Of a DNA stretch of 64,000 nucleotides, positions 11,001-24,900 are shown in pieces. The notes beneath the pieces are model-generated. The model was not told the DNA's origin and did no database searches. It saw only the letters and a list, made by a program, of their open reading frames with translations. The position numbers and the translations under genes are program-made. The DNA is from Eledone cirrhosa (Eukaryota). The DNA lies in contig OZ024742.1 of the NCBI GenBank assembly GCA_964016885.1, positions 369,892,001-369,956,000 of the forward strand, read 5' to 3'. How positions within the stretch are numbered: the stretch's first letter is position 1; each line of letters opens with the position of its first letter.

Positions 11001-14000
11001 ACAATAGATAGGTCAAGACATCCACTGTACATCTTATTATCTAGGGTGACAAGGGTTAGACAGATCCAGTCTCACAACAGATAGGTCAAGACATCCACTG
11101 TACATCTTATTGTCTAGGTTGACATGGTTTAGACAGATCCTGTCTGACAATAGACAGGTCAAGATATCCACTGTACATCTTATTGTCTATGTTGACATGG
11201 GTTAGACAGATCCTGTCTCACAATAGATAGGTCAAGACATCCACTGTACAACATCTTATTATCTAGGTTGACATGGGTTAGACAGATCCTGTCTCACAAT
11301 AGATAGGTCAAGACATCCACTGTACATCTTATTGTCTAGGTTGACATGGGTTAGACAGATCCTGTCTCACAATAGACAGGTCAAGACATCCACTGTACAA
11401 CATCTTATTGTCTAGGTTGACATGGGTTAGACAGATCCTGTCTCACAATAGATAGGTCAAGACATCCACTGTACAACATCTTATTGTCTAGGTTGACATG
11501 GGTTAGACAGATCCTGTCTCACAATAGATAGGTCAAGACATCCACTGTACATCTTATTTTCTAGGTTGACATGGGTTAGACAGATCCTGTCTCACAATAG
11601 ATAGGTCAAGACATCCACTGTACAACATCTTATTGTCTAGGTTGACATGGGTTAGACAGATCCAGTCTCACAATAGATAGGTCAAGACATCCACTGTACA
11701 TCTTATAGTCTAGGTTGACATGGGTTAGACAGATCCTGTCTCAAAATAGACAGGTCAAGACATCCACTGTACATCTTATTGTCTAGGTTGACATGGGTTA
11801 GACAGATCCTGTCTCACAATAGACAGGTCAAGACATCCACTGTATAACATCTTATTGTCTAGGTTGACATGGGTTAGACAGATCCTGTCTCACAATAGAC
11901 AGTTTAAGACATCCACTGTACAACATATTATTGTCTAGGTTGACATGGGTTAGACAGATCCTGTCTCACAATAGATAGCTCAAGACATCCACTGTACAAC
12001 ATCTTATTGTCTAGGGTGACATGGGTTAGACAGATCCTGTCTCACAATAGATAGGTCAAGACATCCACTGTACATCTTATAGTCTAGGTTGACATGGGTT
12101 AGACAGATCCTGTCTCAAAATAGACAGGTCAAGACATCCACTGTACATCTTATTGTCTAGGTTGACATGGGTTAGACAGATCCTGTCTCACAATAGACAG
12201 GTCAAGTCATCCACTGTACAACATCTTATTGTCTAGGTTGACATGGGTTAGACAGATCCAGTCTCACAATAGATAGGTCAAGACATCCACTGTACAACAT
12301 CTTATTGTCTATGTTGACATGGGTTAGACAGATCCTGTCTCACAATAGACAGGTCAAGACATCCACTGTACAACATCTTATTGTCTAGGTTGACATGGGT
12401 TAGACAGATCCAGTCTCACAATAGATAGGTCAAGACATCCACTGTACAACATCTTATTGTCTAGGTTGACATGGGTTAGACAGATCCAGTCTCACAATAG
12501 ATAGGTCAAGACATCCACTGTACATCTTATTGTCTAGGGTGACAAGGGTTAGACAGATCCAGTCTCACAACAGATAGGTCAAGACATCCACTGTACATCT
12601 TATTGTCTAGGTTGACATGGTTTAGACAGATCCTGTCTCACAGTAGACAGGTCAAGATATCCACTGTACATCTTATTGTCTATGTTGACATGGGTTAGAC
12701 AGATCCTGTCTCACAATAGATAGGTCAAGACATCCACTGTACAACATCTTATTATCTAGGTTGACATGGGTTAGACAGATCCTGTCTCACAATAGATAGG
12801 TCAAGACATCCACTGTACATCTTATTGTCTAGGTTGACATGGGTTAGACAGATCCTGTCTCACAATAGACAGGTCAAGACATCCACTGTACAACATCTTA
12901 TTGTCTAGGTTGACATGGGTTAGACAGATCCTGTCTCACAATAGATAGGTCAAGACATCCACTGTACAACATCTTATTGTCTAGGTTGACATGGGTTAGA
13001 CAGATCCTGTCTCACAATAGATAGGTCAAGACATCCACTGTACATCTTATTTTCTAGGTTGACATGGGTTAGACAGATCCTGTCTCACAATAGATAGGTC
13101 AAGACATCCACTGTACAACATCTTATTGTCTAGGTTGACATGGGTTAGACAGATCCAGTCTCACAATAGATAGGTCAAGACATCCACTGTACATCTTATA
13201 GTCTAGGTTGACATGGGTTAGACAGATCCTGTCTCAAAATAGACAGGTCAAGACATCCACTGTACATCTTATTGTCTAGGTTGACATGGGTTAGACAGAT
13301 CCTGTCTCACAATAGACAGGTCAAGACATACACTGTACAACATCTTATTGTCTAGGTTGACATGGGTTAGACAGATCCTGTCTCACAATAGACAGTTTAA
13401 GACATCCACTGTACAACATCTTATTGTCTAGGTTGACATGGGTTAGACAGATCCTGTCTCACAATAGATAGCTCAAGACATCCACTGTACAACATCTTAT
13501 TGTCTAGGGTGACATGGGTTAGACAGATCCTGTCTCACAATAGATAGGTCAAGACATCCACTGTACATCTTATAGTCTAGGTTGACATGGGTTAGACAGA
13601 TCCTGTCTCAAAATAGACAGGTCAAAACATCCACTGTACATCTTATTGTCTAGGTTGACATGGGTTAGACAGATCCTGTCTCACAATAGACAGGTCAAGA
13701 CATCCACTGTACAACATCTTATTGTCTAGGTTGACATGGGTTAGACAGATCCTGTCTCACAATAGACAGTTTAAGACATCCACTGTACAACATCTTATTG
13801 TCTAGGTTGACATGGGTTAGACAGATCCTGTCTCACAATAGATAGGTCAAGACATCCACTGTACAACATCTTATTGTCTAGGTTGACATGGGTTAGACAG
13901 ATCCTGTCTCACAATAGACAGGTCAAGACATCCACTGTACATCTTATTGTCTAGGTTGACATGGGTTAGACAGATCCTGTCTCACAATAGACAGGTTAAG

Positions 14001-17000
14001 ACATCCACTGTACAACATCTTATTGTCTAGGTTGACATGGGTTAGACAGATCCTGTCTCACAATAGATAGATCAAGACATCCACTGTACAACATCTTATT
14101 GTCTAGGTTGACATGGGTTAGACAGATCCTGTCCCACAATAGACAGGTCAAGACATCCACTGTACAACATCTTATTGTCTGGGTTGACATGGGTTAGACA
14201 GATCCTGTCTCACAATAGACAGGTCAAGACATCCACTGTACAACATCTTATTGTCTAGGTTGACATGGGTTAGACAGATCCAGTCTCACAATAGATAGGT
14301 CAAGACATCCACTGTACATCTTATTGTCTATGTTGACATGGGTTAGACAGATCTTGTCTCACAATAGATAGGTCAAGACATCCACTGTACAACATCTTAT
14401 TATCTAGGTTGACATGGGTTAGACAGATCCTGTCTCACAATAGATAGGTCAAGACATCCACTGTACATCTTATTGTCTAGGTTGACATGGGTTAGACAGA
14501 TCCTGTCTCACAATAGACAGGTCAAGACATCCACTGTACAACATCTTATTGTCTAGGTTGACATGGGTTAGACAGATCCTGTCTCACAATAGATAGGTCA
14601 AGACATCCACTGTACAACATCTTATTGTCTAGGTTGACATGGGTTAGACAGATCCTGTCTCACAATAGATAGGTCAAGACATCCACTGTACATCTTATTT
14701 TCTAGGTTGACATGGGTTAGACAGTTCCTGTCTCACAATAGATAGGTCAAGACATCCACTGTACAACATCTTATTGTCTAGGTTGACATGGGTTAGACAG
14801 ATCCAGTCTCACAATAGATAGGTCAAGACATCCACTGTACATCTTATAGTCTAGGTTGACATGGGTTAGACAGATCCTGTCTCAAAATAGACAGGTCAAG
14901 ACATCCACTGTACATCTTATTGTCTAGGTTGACATGGGTTAGACAGATCCTGTCTCACAATAGACAGGTCAAGACATCCACTGTACAACATCTTATTGTC
15001 TAGGTTGACATGGGTTAGACAGATCCTGTCTCACAATAGACAGTTTAAGACATCCACTGTACAACATCTTATTGTCTAGGTTGACATGGGTTAGACAGAT
15101 CCTGTCTCACAATAGATAGCTCAAGACATCCACTGTACAACATCTTATTGTCTAGGGTGACATGGGTTAGACAGATCCTGTCTCACAATAGATAGGTCAA
15201 GACATCCACTGTACATCTTATAGTCTAGGTTGACATGGGTTAGACAGATCCTGTCTCAAAATAGACAGGTCAAGACATCCACTGTACATCTTATTGTCTA
15301 GGTTGACATGGGTTAGACAGATCCTGTCTCACAATAGACAGGTCAAGACATCCACTGTACAACATCTTATTGTCTAAGTTGGCATGGGTTAGACAGAACC
15401 TGACTCACAATAGATAGGTCAAGACATCTACTGTACAACATCTTATTGTCTAAGTTGACATTGGTTAGACAGACCTTGTCTCACAATAGACAGGTCAAGA
15501 CATCCACTGTACAACATCTTATTGTCTGGGTTGACATGGGTTAGACAGATCCTGTCTCACAATAGACAGGTCAAGACATCCACTGTACAACATCTTATTG
15601 TCTGGGTTGACATGGGTTAGACAGATCCTGTCTCACAATAGACAGGTCAAGGCATCCACTGTACAACATCTTATTGTCTAGGTTGACATGGGTTAGACAG
15701 ATCCAGTCTCACAATAGATAGGTCAAGACATCCACTGTACAACATCTTATTGTCTAGGTTGACATGGGTTAGACAGATCCTGTCTCACAATAGACAGGTC
15801 AAGTCATCCACTGTACAACATCTTATTGTCTAGGTTGACATGGGTTAGACAGATCCAGTCTCACAATAGATAGGTCAAGACATCCACTGTACAACATCTT
15901 ATTGTCTATGTTGACATGGGTTAGACAGATCCTGTCTCACAATAGACAGGTCAAGACATCCACTGTACAACATCTTATTGTCTAGGTTGACATGGGTTAG
16001 ACAGATCCAGTCTCACAATAGATAGGTCAAGACATCCACTGTACAACATCTTATTGTCTAGGTTGACATGGGTTAGACAGATCGAGTCTCACAATAGATA
16101 GGTCAAGACATCCACTGTACATCTTATTGTCTAGGGTGACAAGGGTTAGACAGATCCAGTCTCACAACAGATAGGTCAAGACATCCACTGTACATCTTAT
16201 TGTCTAGGTTGACATGGTTTAGACAGATCCTGTCTCACAGTAGACAGGTCAAGATATCCACTGTACATCTTATTGTCTATGTTGACATGGGTTAGACAGA
16301 TCCTGTCTCACAATAGATAGGTCAAGACATCCACTGTACAACATCTTATTATCTAGGTTGACATGGGTTAGACAGATCCTGTCTCACAATAGATAGGTCA
16401 AGACATCCCCTGTACATCTTATTGTCTAGGTTGACATGGGTTAGACAGATCCTGTCTCACAATAGACAGGTTAAGACATCCACTGTACAATATCTTATTG
16501 TCTAGGTTGACATGGGTTAGACAGATTCTGTCTGACAATAGATAGATCAAGACATCCACTGTACAACATCTTATTGTCTAGGTTGACATGGGTTAGACAG
16601 ATCCTGTCCCACAATAGACAGGTCAAGACATCCACTGTACAACATCTTATTGTCTAGGTTGACATGGGTTAGACAGATCCAGTCTCACAATAGATAGGTC
16701 AAGACATCCACTGTACATCTTATTGTCTATGTTGACATGGGTTAGACAGATCCTGTCTCACAATAGATAGGTCAAGACATCCACTGTACAACATCTTATT
16801 ATCTAGGTTGACATGGGTTAGACAGATCCTGTCTCACAATAGATAGGTCAAGACATCCACTGTACATCTTATTGTCTAGGTTGACATGGGTTAGACAGAT
16901 CCTGTCTCACAATAGACAGGTCAAGACATCCACTGTACAACATCTTATTGTCTAGGTTGACATGGGTTAGACAGATCCTGTCTCACAATAGATAGGTCAA

Positions 17001-18926
17001 GACATCCACTGTACAACATCTTATTGTCTAGGTTGACATGGGTTAGACAGATCCCGTCTCACAATAGATAGGTCAAGACATCCACTGTACATCTTATTTT
17101 CTAGCTTGACATGGGTTAGACAGATCCTGTCTCACAATAGATAGGTCAAGACATCCACTGTACAACATCTTATTGTCTAGGTTGACATGGGTTAGACAGA
17201 TCCAGTCTCACAATAGATAGGTCAAGACATCCACTGTACATCTTATAGTCTAGGTTGACATGGGTTAGACAGATCCTGTCTCAAAATAGACAGGTCAAGA
17301 CATCCACTGTACATCTTATTGTCTAGGTTGGCATGGGTTAGACAGATCCTGTCTCACAATAGACAGGTCAAGACATCCACTGTACAACATCTTATTGTCT
17401 AGGTTGACATGGGTTAGACAGATCCTGTCTCACAATAGACAGTTTAAGACATCCACTGTACAACATCTTATTGTCTAGGTTGACATGGGTTAGACAGATC
17501 CTGTCTCACAATAGATAGCTCAAGACATCCACTGTACAACATCTTATTGTCTAGGGTGAGATGGGTTAGACAGATCCTGTCTCACAATAGATAGGTCAAG
17601 ACATCCACTGTACATCTTATAGTCTAGGTTGACATGGGTTAGACAGATCCTGTCTCAAAATAGACAGGTCAAGACATCCACTGTACATCTTATTGTCTAG
17701 GTTGACATGGGTTAGACAGATCCTGTCTCACAATAGACAGGTCAAGACATCCACTGTACAACATCTTATTGTCTAAGTTGGCATGGGTTAGACAGAACCT
17801 GACTCACAATAGATAGGTCAAGACATCTACTGTACAACATCTTATTGTCTAAGTTGACATTGGTTAGACAGACCTTGTCTCACAATAGACAGGTCAAGAC
17901 ATCCACTGTACAACATCTTATTGTCTGGGTTGGCATGGGTTAGACAGATCCTGTCTCACAATAGACAGGTCAAGACATCCACTGTACAACATCTTATTGT
18001 CTGGGTTGACATGGGTTAGACAGATCCTGTCTCACAATAGACAGGTCAAGACATCCACTGTACAACATCTTATTGTCTAGGTTGACATGGGTTAGACAGA
18101 TCCAGTCTCACAATAGATAGGTCAAGACATCCACTGTACAACATCTTATTGTCTAGGTTGACATGGGTTAGACAGATCCTGTCTCACAATAGACAGGTCA
18201 AGTCATCCACTGAACAACATCTTATTGTCTAGGTTGACATGGGTTAGACAGATCCAGTCTCACAATAGATAGGTCAAGACATCCACTGTACAACATCTTA
18301 TTGTCTATGTTGACATGGGTTAGACAGATCCTGTCTCACAATAGACAGGTCAAGACATCCACTGTACAACATCTTATTGTCTAGGTTGACATGGGTTAGA
18401 CAGATCCAGTCTCACAATAGACAGGTCAAGACATCCACTGTACAACATCTTATTGTCTAGGTTGACATGGGTTAGACAGATCGAGTCTCACAATAGATAG
18501 GTCAAGACATCCACTGTACATCTTATTATCTAGGGTGACAAGGGTTAGACAGATCCAGTCTCACAACAGATAGGTCAAGACATCCACTGTACATCTTATT
18601 GTCTAGGTTGACATGGTTTAGACAGATCCTGTCTCACAATAGACAGGTCAAGATATCCACTGTACATCTTATTGTCTATGTTGACATGGGTTAGACAGAT
18701 CCTGTCTCACAATAGATAGGTCAAGACATCCACTGTACAACATCTTATTATCTAGGTTGACATGGGTTAGACAGATCCTGTCTCACAATAGATAGGTCAA
18801 GACATCCACTGTACATCTTATTGTCTAGGTTGACATGGGTTAGACAGATCCTGTCCCACAATAGACAGGTCAAGACATCCACTGTACAACATCTTATTGT
18901 CTAGGTTGACATGGGTTAGACAGATC
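5073..18926. repeat. Direct duplication at offset 7,489 bp (about 100 monomers): roughly 5073-11437 matches roughly 12562-18926
   Basis: Rare markers recur at exactly +7489: GACATACAC 5841/13330, GTCAAAAC 6132/13621, AGGCATCC 8161/15650, CTGTACAATA 8994/16483, GGGTGAGATGG 10071/17560 and GGGTTGGCAT 10441/17930. The offset fits 63x76 + 37x73. Boundaries are approximate. Confidence 0.88.
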
Positions 18927-21900
18927 GAGTCTCACAATAGATAGGTCAAGACATCCACTGTACATCTTATTGTCTAGGGTGACAAGGGTTAGACAGATCC
19001 AGTCTCACAACAGATAGGTCAAGACATCCACTGTACATCTTATTGTCTAGGTTGACATGGGTTAGACAGATCCTGTCTCACAATAGACAGGTCAAGACAT
19101 CCACTGTACAACATCTTATTGTCTAGGTTGACATGGGTTAGACAGATCGAGTCTCACAATAGATAGGTCAAGACATCCACTGTACATCTTATTGTCTAGG
19201 GTGACAAGGGTTAGACAGATCCAGTCTCACAACAGATAGGTCAAGACATCCACTGTACATCTTATTGTCTAGGTTGACATGGGTTAGACAGATCCTGTCT
19301 CACAATAGACAGGTCAAGACATCCACTGTACAACATCTTATTGTCTAGGTTGACATGGGTTAGACAGATCGAGTCTCACAATAGATAGGTCAAGACATCC
19401 ACTGTACATCTTATTGTCTAGGGTGACAAGGGTTAGACAGATCCAGTCTCACAACAGATAGGTCAAGACATCCACTGTACATCTTATTGTCTAGGTTGAC
19501 ATGGGTTAGACAGATCCTGTCTCACAATAGACAGGTCAAGACATCCACTGTACAACATCTTATTGTCTAGGTTGACATGGGTTAGACAGATCCTGTCTCA
19601 CAATAGACAGTTTAAGACATCCACTGTACAACATATTATTGTCTAGGTTGACATGGGTTAGACAGATCCTGTCTCACAATAGATAGCTCAAGACATCCAC
19701 TGTACAACATCTTATTGTCTAGGGTGACATGGGTTAGACAGATCCTGTCTCACAATAGATAGGTCAAGACATCCACTGTACATCTTATAGTCTAGGTTGA
19801 CATGGGTTAGACAGATCCTGTCTCAAAATAGACAGGTCAAGACATCCACTGTACATCTTATTGTCTAGGTTGACATGGGTTAGACAGATCCTGTCTCACA
19901 ATAGACAGGTCAAGTCATCCACTGTACAACATCTTATTGTCTAGGTTGACATGGGTTAGACAGATCCAGTCTCACAATAGATAGGTCAAGACATCCACTG
20001 TACAACATCTTATTGTCTATGTTGACATGGGTTAGACAGATCCTGTCTCACAATAGACAGGTCAAGACATCCACTGTACAACATCTTATTGTCTAGGTTG
20101 ACATGGGTTAGACAGATCCAGTCTCACAATAGATTGGTCAAGACATCCACTGTACAACATCTTATTGTCTAGGTTGACATGGGTTAGACAGATCGAGTCT
20201 CACAATAGATAGGTCAAGACATCCACTGTACATCTTATTGTCTAGGGTGACAAGGGTTAGACAGATCCAGTCTCACAACAGATAGGTCAAGACATCCACT
20301 GTACATCTTATTGTCTAGGTTGACATGGTTTAGACAGATCCTGTCTCACAGTAGACAGGTCAAGATATCCACTGTACATCTTATTGTCTATGTTGACATG
20401 GGTTAGACAGATCCTGTCTCACAATAGACAGGTCAAGTCATCCACTGAACAACATCTTATTGTCTAGGTTGACATGGGTTAGACAGATCCTGTCTCACAA
20501 TAGACAGGTTAAGACATCCACTGTACAATATCTTATTGTCTAGGTTGACATGGGTTAGACAGATTCTGTCTGACAATAGATAGATAAAGACATCCACTGT
20601 ACAACATCTTATTGTCTAGGTTGACATGGGTTAGACAGATCCTGTCCCACAATAGACAGGTCAAGACATCCACTGTACAACATCTTATTGTCTGGGTTGA
20701 CATGGGTTAGACAGATCCTGTCTCACAATAGACAGGTCAAGACATCCACTGTACAACATCTTATTGTCTAGGTTGACATGGGTTAGACAGATCCAGTCTC
20801 ACAATAGATAGGTCAAGACATCCACTGTACATCTTATTGTCTATGTTGACATGGGTTAGACAGATCCTGTCTCACAATAGATAGGTCAAGACATCCACTG
20901 TACAACATCTTATTATCTAGGTTGACATGGGTTAGACAGATCCTGTCTCACAATAGATAGGTCAAGACATCCACTGTACATCTTATTGTCTAGGTTGACA
21001 TGGGTTAGACAGATCCTGTCTCACAATAGACAGGTCAAGACATCCACTGTACAACATCTTATTGTCTAGGTTGACATGGGTTAGACAGATCCTGTCTCAC
21101 AATAGATAGGTCAAGACATCCACTGTACAACATCTTATTGTCTAGGTTGACATGGGTTAGACAGATCCCGTCTCACAATAGATAGGTCAAGACATCCACT
21201 GTACATCTTATTTTCTAGCTTGACATGGGTTAGACAGATCCTGTCTCACAATAGATAGGTCAAGACATCCACTGTACAACATCTTATTGTCTAGGTTGAC
21301 ATGGGTTAGACAGATCCAGTCTCACAATAGATAGGTCAAGACATCCACTGTACATCTTATAGTCTAGGTTGACATGGGTTAGACAGATCCTGTCTCAAAA
21401 TAGACAGGTCAAGACATCCACTGTACATCTTATTGTCTAGGTTGGCATGGGTTAGACAGATCCTGTCTCACAATAGACAGGTCAAGACATCCACTGTACA
21501 ACATCTTATTGTCTAGGTTGACATGGGTTAGACAGATCCTGTCTCACAATAGACAGTTTAAGACATCCACTGTACAACATCTTATTGTCTAGGTTGACAT
21601 GGGTTAGACAGATCCTGTCTCACAATAGATAGCTCAAGACATCCACTGTACAACATCTTATTGTCTAGGGTGACATGGGTTAGACAGATCCTGTCTCACA
21701 ATAGATAGCTCAAGACATCCACTGTACAACATCTTATTGTCTAGGGTGACATGGGTTAGACAGATCCTGTCTCACAATAGATAGCTCAAGACATCCACTG
21801 TACAACATCTTATAGTCTAGGTTGACATGGGTTAGACAGATCCTGTCTCAAAATAGACAGGTCAAGACATCCACTGTACATCTTATTGTCTAGGTTGACA

Positions 21901-24900
21901 TGGGTTAAACAGATCCTGTCTCACAATAGACAGGTCAAGACATCCACTGTACAACATCTTATTGTCTAAGTTGGCATGGGTTAGACAGAACCTGACTCAC
22001 AATAGATAGGTCAAGACATCTACTGTACAACATCTTATTGTCTAAGTTGACATTGGTTAGACAGACCTTGTCTCACAATAGACAGGTCAAGACATCCACT
22101 GTACAACATCTTATTGTCTGGGTTGACATGGGTTAGACAGATCCTGTCTCACAATAGACAGGTCAAGACATCCACTGTACAACATCTTATTGTCTGGGTT
22201 GACATGGGTTAGACAGATCCTGTCTCACAATAGACATGTCAAGACATCCACTGTACAACATCTTATTGTCTAGGTTGACATGGGTTAGACAGATCCAGTC
22301 TCACAATAGATAGGTCAAGACATCCACTGTACAACATCTTATTGTCTAGGTTGACATGGGTTAGACAGATCCTGTCTCACAATAGACAGGTCAAGTCATC
22401 CACTGAACAACATCTTATTGTCTAGGTTGACATGGGTTAGACAGATCCAGTCTCACAATAGATAGGTCAAGACATCCACTGTACAACATCTTATTGTCTA
22501 TGTTGACATGGGTTAGACAGATCCTGTCTCACAATAGACAGGTCAAGACATCCACTGTACAACATCTTATTGTCTAGGTTGACATGGGTTAGACAGATCC
22601 AGTCTCACAATAGATAGGTCAAGACATCCACTGTACAACATCTTATTGTCTAGGTTGACATGGGTTAGACAGATCGAGTCTCACAATAGATAGGTCAAGA
22701 CATCCACTGTACATCTTATTATCTAGGGTGACAAGGGTTAGACAGATCCAGTCTCACAACAGATAGGTCAAGACATCCACTGTACATCTTATTGTCTAGG
22801 TTGACATGGTTTAGACAGATCCTGTCTCACAATAGACAGGTCAAGATATCCACTGTACATATTATTGTCTATGTTGACATGGGTTAGACAGATCCTGTCT
22901 CACAATAGATAGGTCAAGACATCCACTGTACAACATCTTATTATCTAGGTTGACATGGGTTAGACAGATCCTGTCTCACAATAGATAGGTCAAGACATCC
23001 ACTGTACATCTTATTGTCTAGGTTGACATGGGTTAGACAGATCCTGTCTCACAATAGACAGGTCAAGACATCCACTGTACAACATCTTATTGTCTAGGTT
23101 GACATGGGTTAGACAGATCCTGTCTCACAATAGATAGGTCAAGACATCCACTGTACAACATCTTATTGTCTAGGTTGACATGGGTTAGACAGATCCTGTC
23201 TCACAATAGATAGGTCAAGACATCCACTGTACATCTTATTTTCTAGGTTGACATGGGTTAGACAGATCCTGTCTCACAATAGATAGGTCAAGACATCCAC
23301 TGTACAACATCTTATTGTCTAGGTTGACATGGGTTAGACAGATCCAGTCTCACAATAGATAGGTCAAGACATCCACTGTACATCTTATAGTCTAGGTTGA
23401 CATGGGTTAGACAGATCCTGTCTCAAAATAGACAGGTCAAGACATCCACTGTACATCTTATTGTCTAGGTTGACATGGGTTAGACAGATCCTGTCTCACA
23501 ATAGACAGGTCAAGACATCCACTGTACAACATCTTATTGTCTAGGTTGACATGGGTTAGACAGATCCTGTCTCACAATAGACAGTTTAAGACATCCACTG
23601 TACAACATATTATTGTCTAGGTTGACATGGGTTAGACAGATCCTGTCTCACAATAGATAGCTCAAGACATCCACTGTACAACATCTTATTGTCTAGGGTG
23701 ACATGGGTTAGACAGATCCTGTCTCACAATAGATAGGTCAAGACATCCACTGTACATCTTATAGTCTAGGTTGACATGGGTTAGACAGATCCTGTCTCAA
23801 AATAGACAGGTCAAGACATCCACTGTACATCTTATTGTCTAGGTTGACATGGGTTAGACAGATCCTGTCTCACAATAGACAGGTCAAGTCATCCACTGTA
23901 CAACATCTTATTGTCTAGGTTGACATGGGTTAGACAGATCCAGTCTCACAATAGATAGGTCAAGACATCCACTGTACAACATCTTATTGTCTATGTTGAC
24001 ATGGGTTAGACAGATCCTGTCTCACAATAGACAGGTCAAGACATCCACTGTACAACATCTTATTGTCTAGGTTGACATGGGTTAGACAGATCCAGTCTCA
24101 CAATAGATAGGTCAAGACATCCACTGTACAACATCTTATTGTCTAGGTTGACATGGGTTAGACAGATCGAGTCTCACAATAGATAGGTCAAGACATCCAC
24201 TGTACATCTTATTGTCTAGGGTGACAAGGGTTAGACAGATCCAGTCTCACAACAGATAGGTCAAGACATCCACTGTACATCTTATTGTCTAGGTTGACAT
24301 GGTTTAGACAGATCCTGTCTCACAGTAGACAGGTCAAGATATCCACTGTACATCTTATTGTCTATGTTGACATGGGTTAGACAGATCCTGTCTCACAATA
24401 GATAGGTCAAGACATCCACTGTACAACATCTTATTATCTAGGTTGACATGGGTTAGACAGATCCTGTCTCACAATAGATAGGTCAAGACATCCCCTGTAC
24501 ATCTTATTGTCTAGGTTGACATGGGTTAGACAGATCCTGTCTCACAATAGACAGGTTAAGACATCCACTGTACAATATCTTATTGTCTAGGTTGACATGG
24601 GTTAGACAGATTCTGTCTGACAATAGATAGATCAAGACATCCACTGTACAACATCTTATTGTCTAGGTTGTCATGGGTTAGACAGATCCTGTCCCACAAT
24701 AGACAGGTCAAGACATCCACTGTACAACATCTTATTGTCTGGGTTGACATGGGTTAGACAGATCCTGTCTCACAATAGACAGGTCAAGACATCCACTGTA
24801 CAACATCTTATTGTCTAGGTTGACATGGGTTAGACAGATCCAGTCTCACAATAGATAGGTCAAGACATCCACTGTACATCTTATTGTCTATGTTGACATG

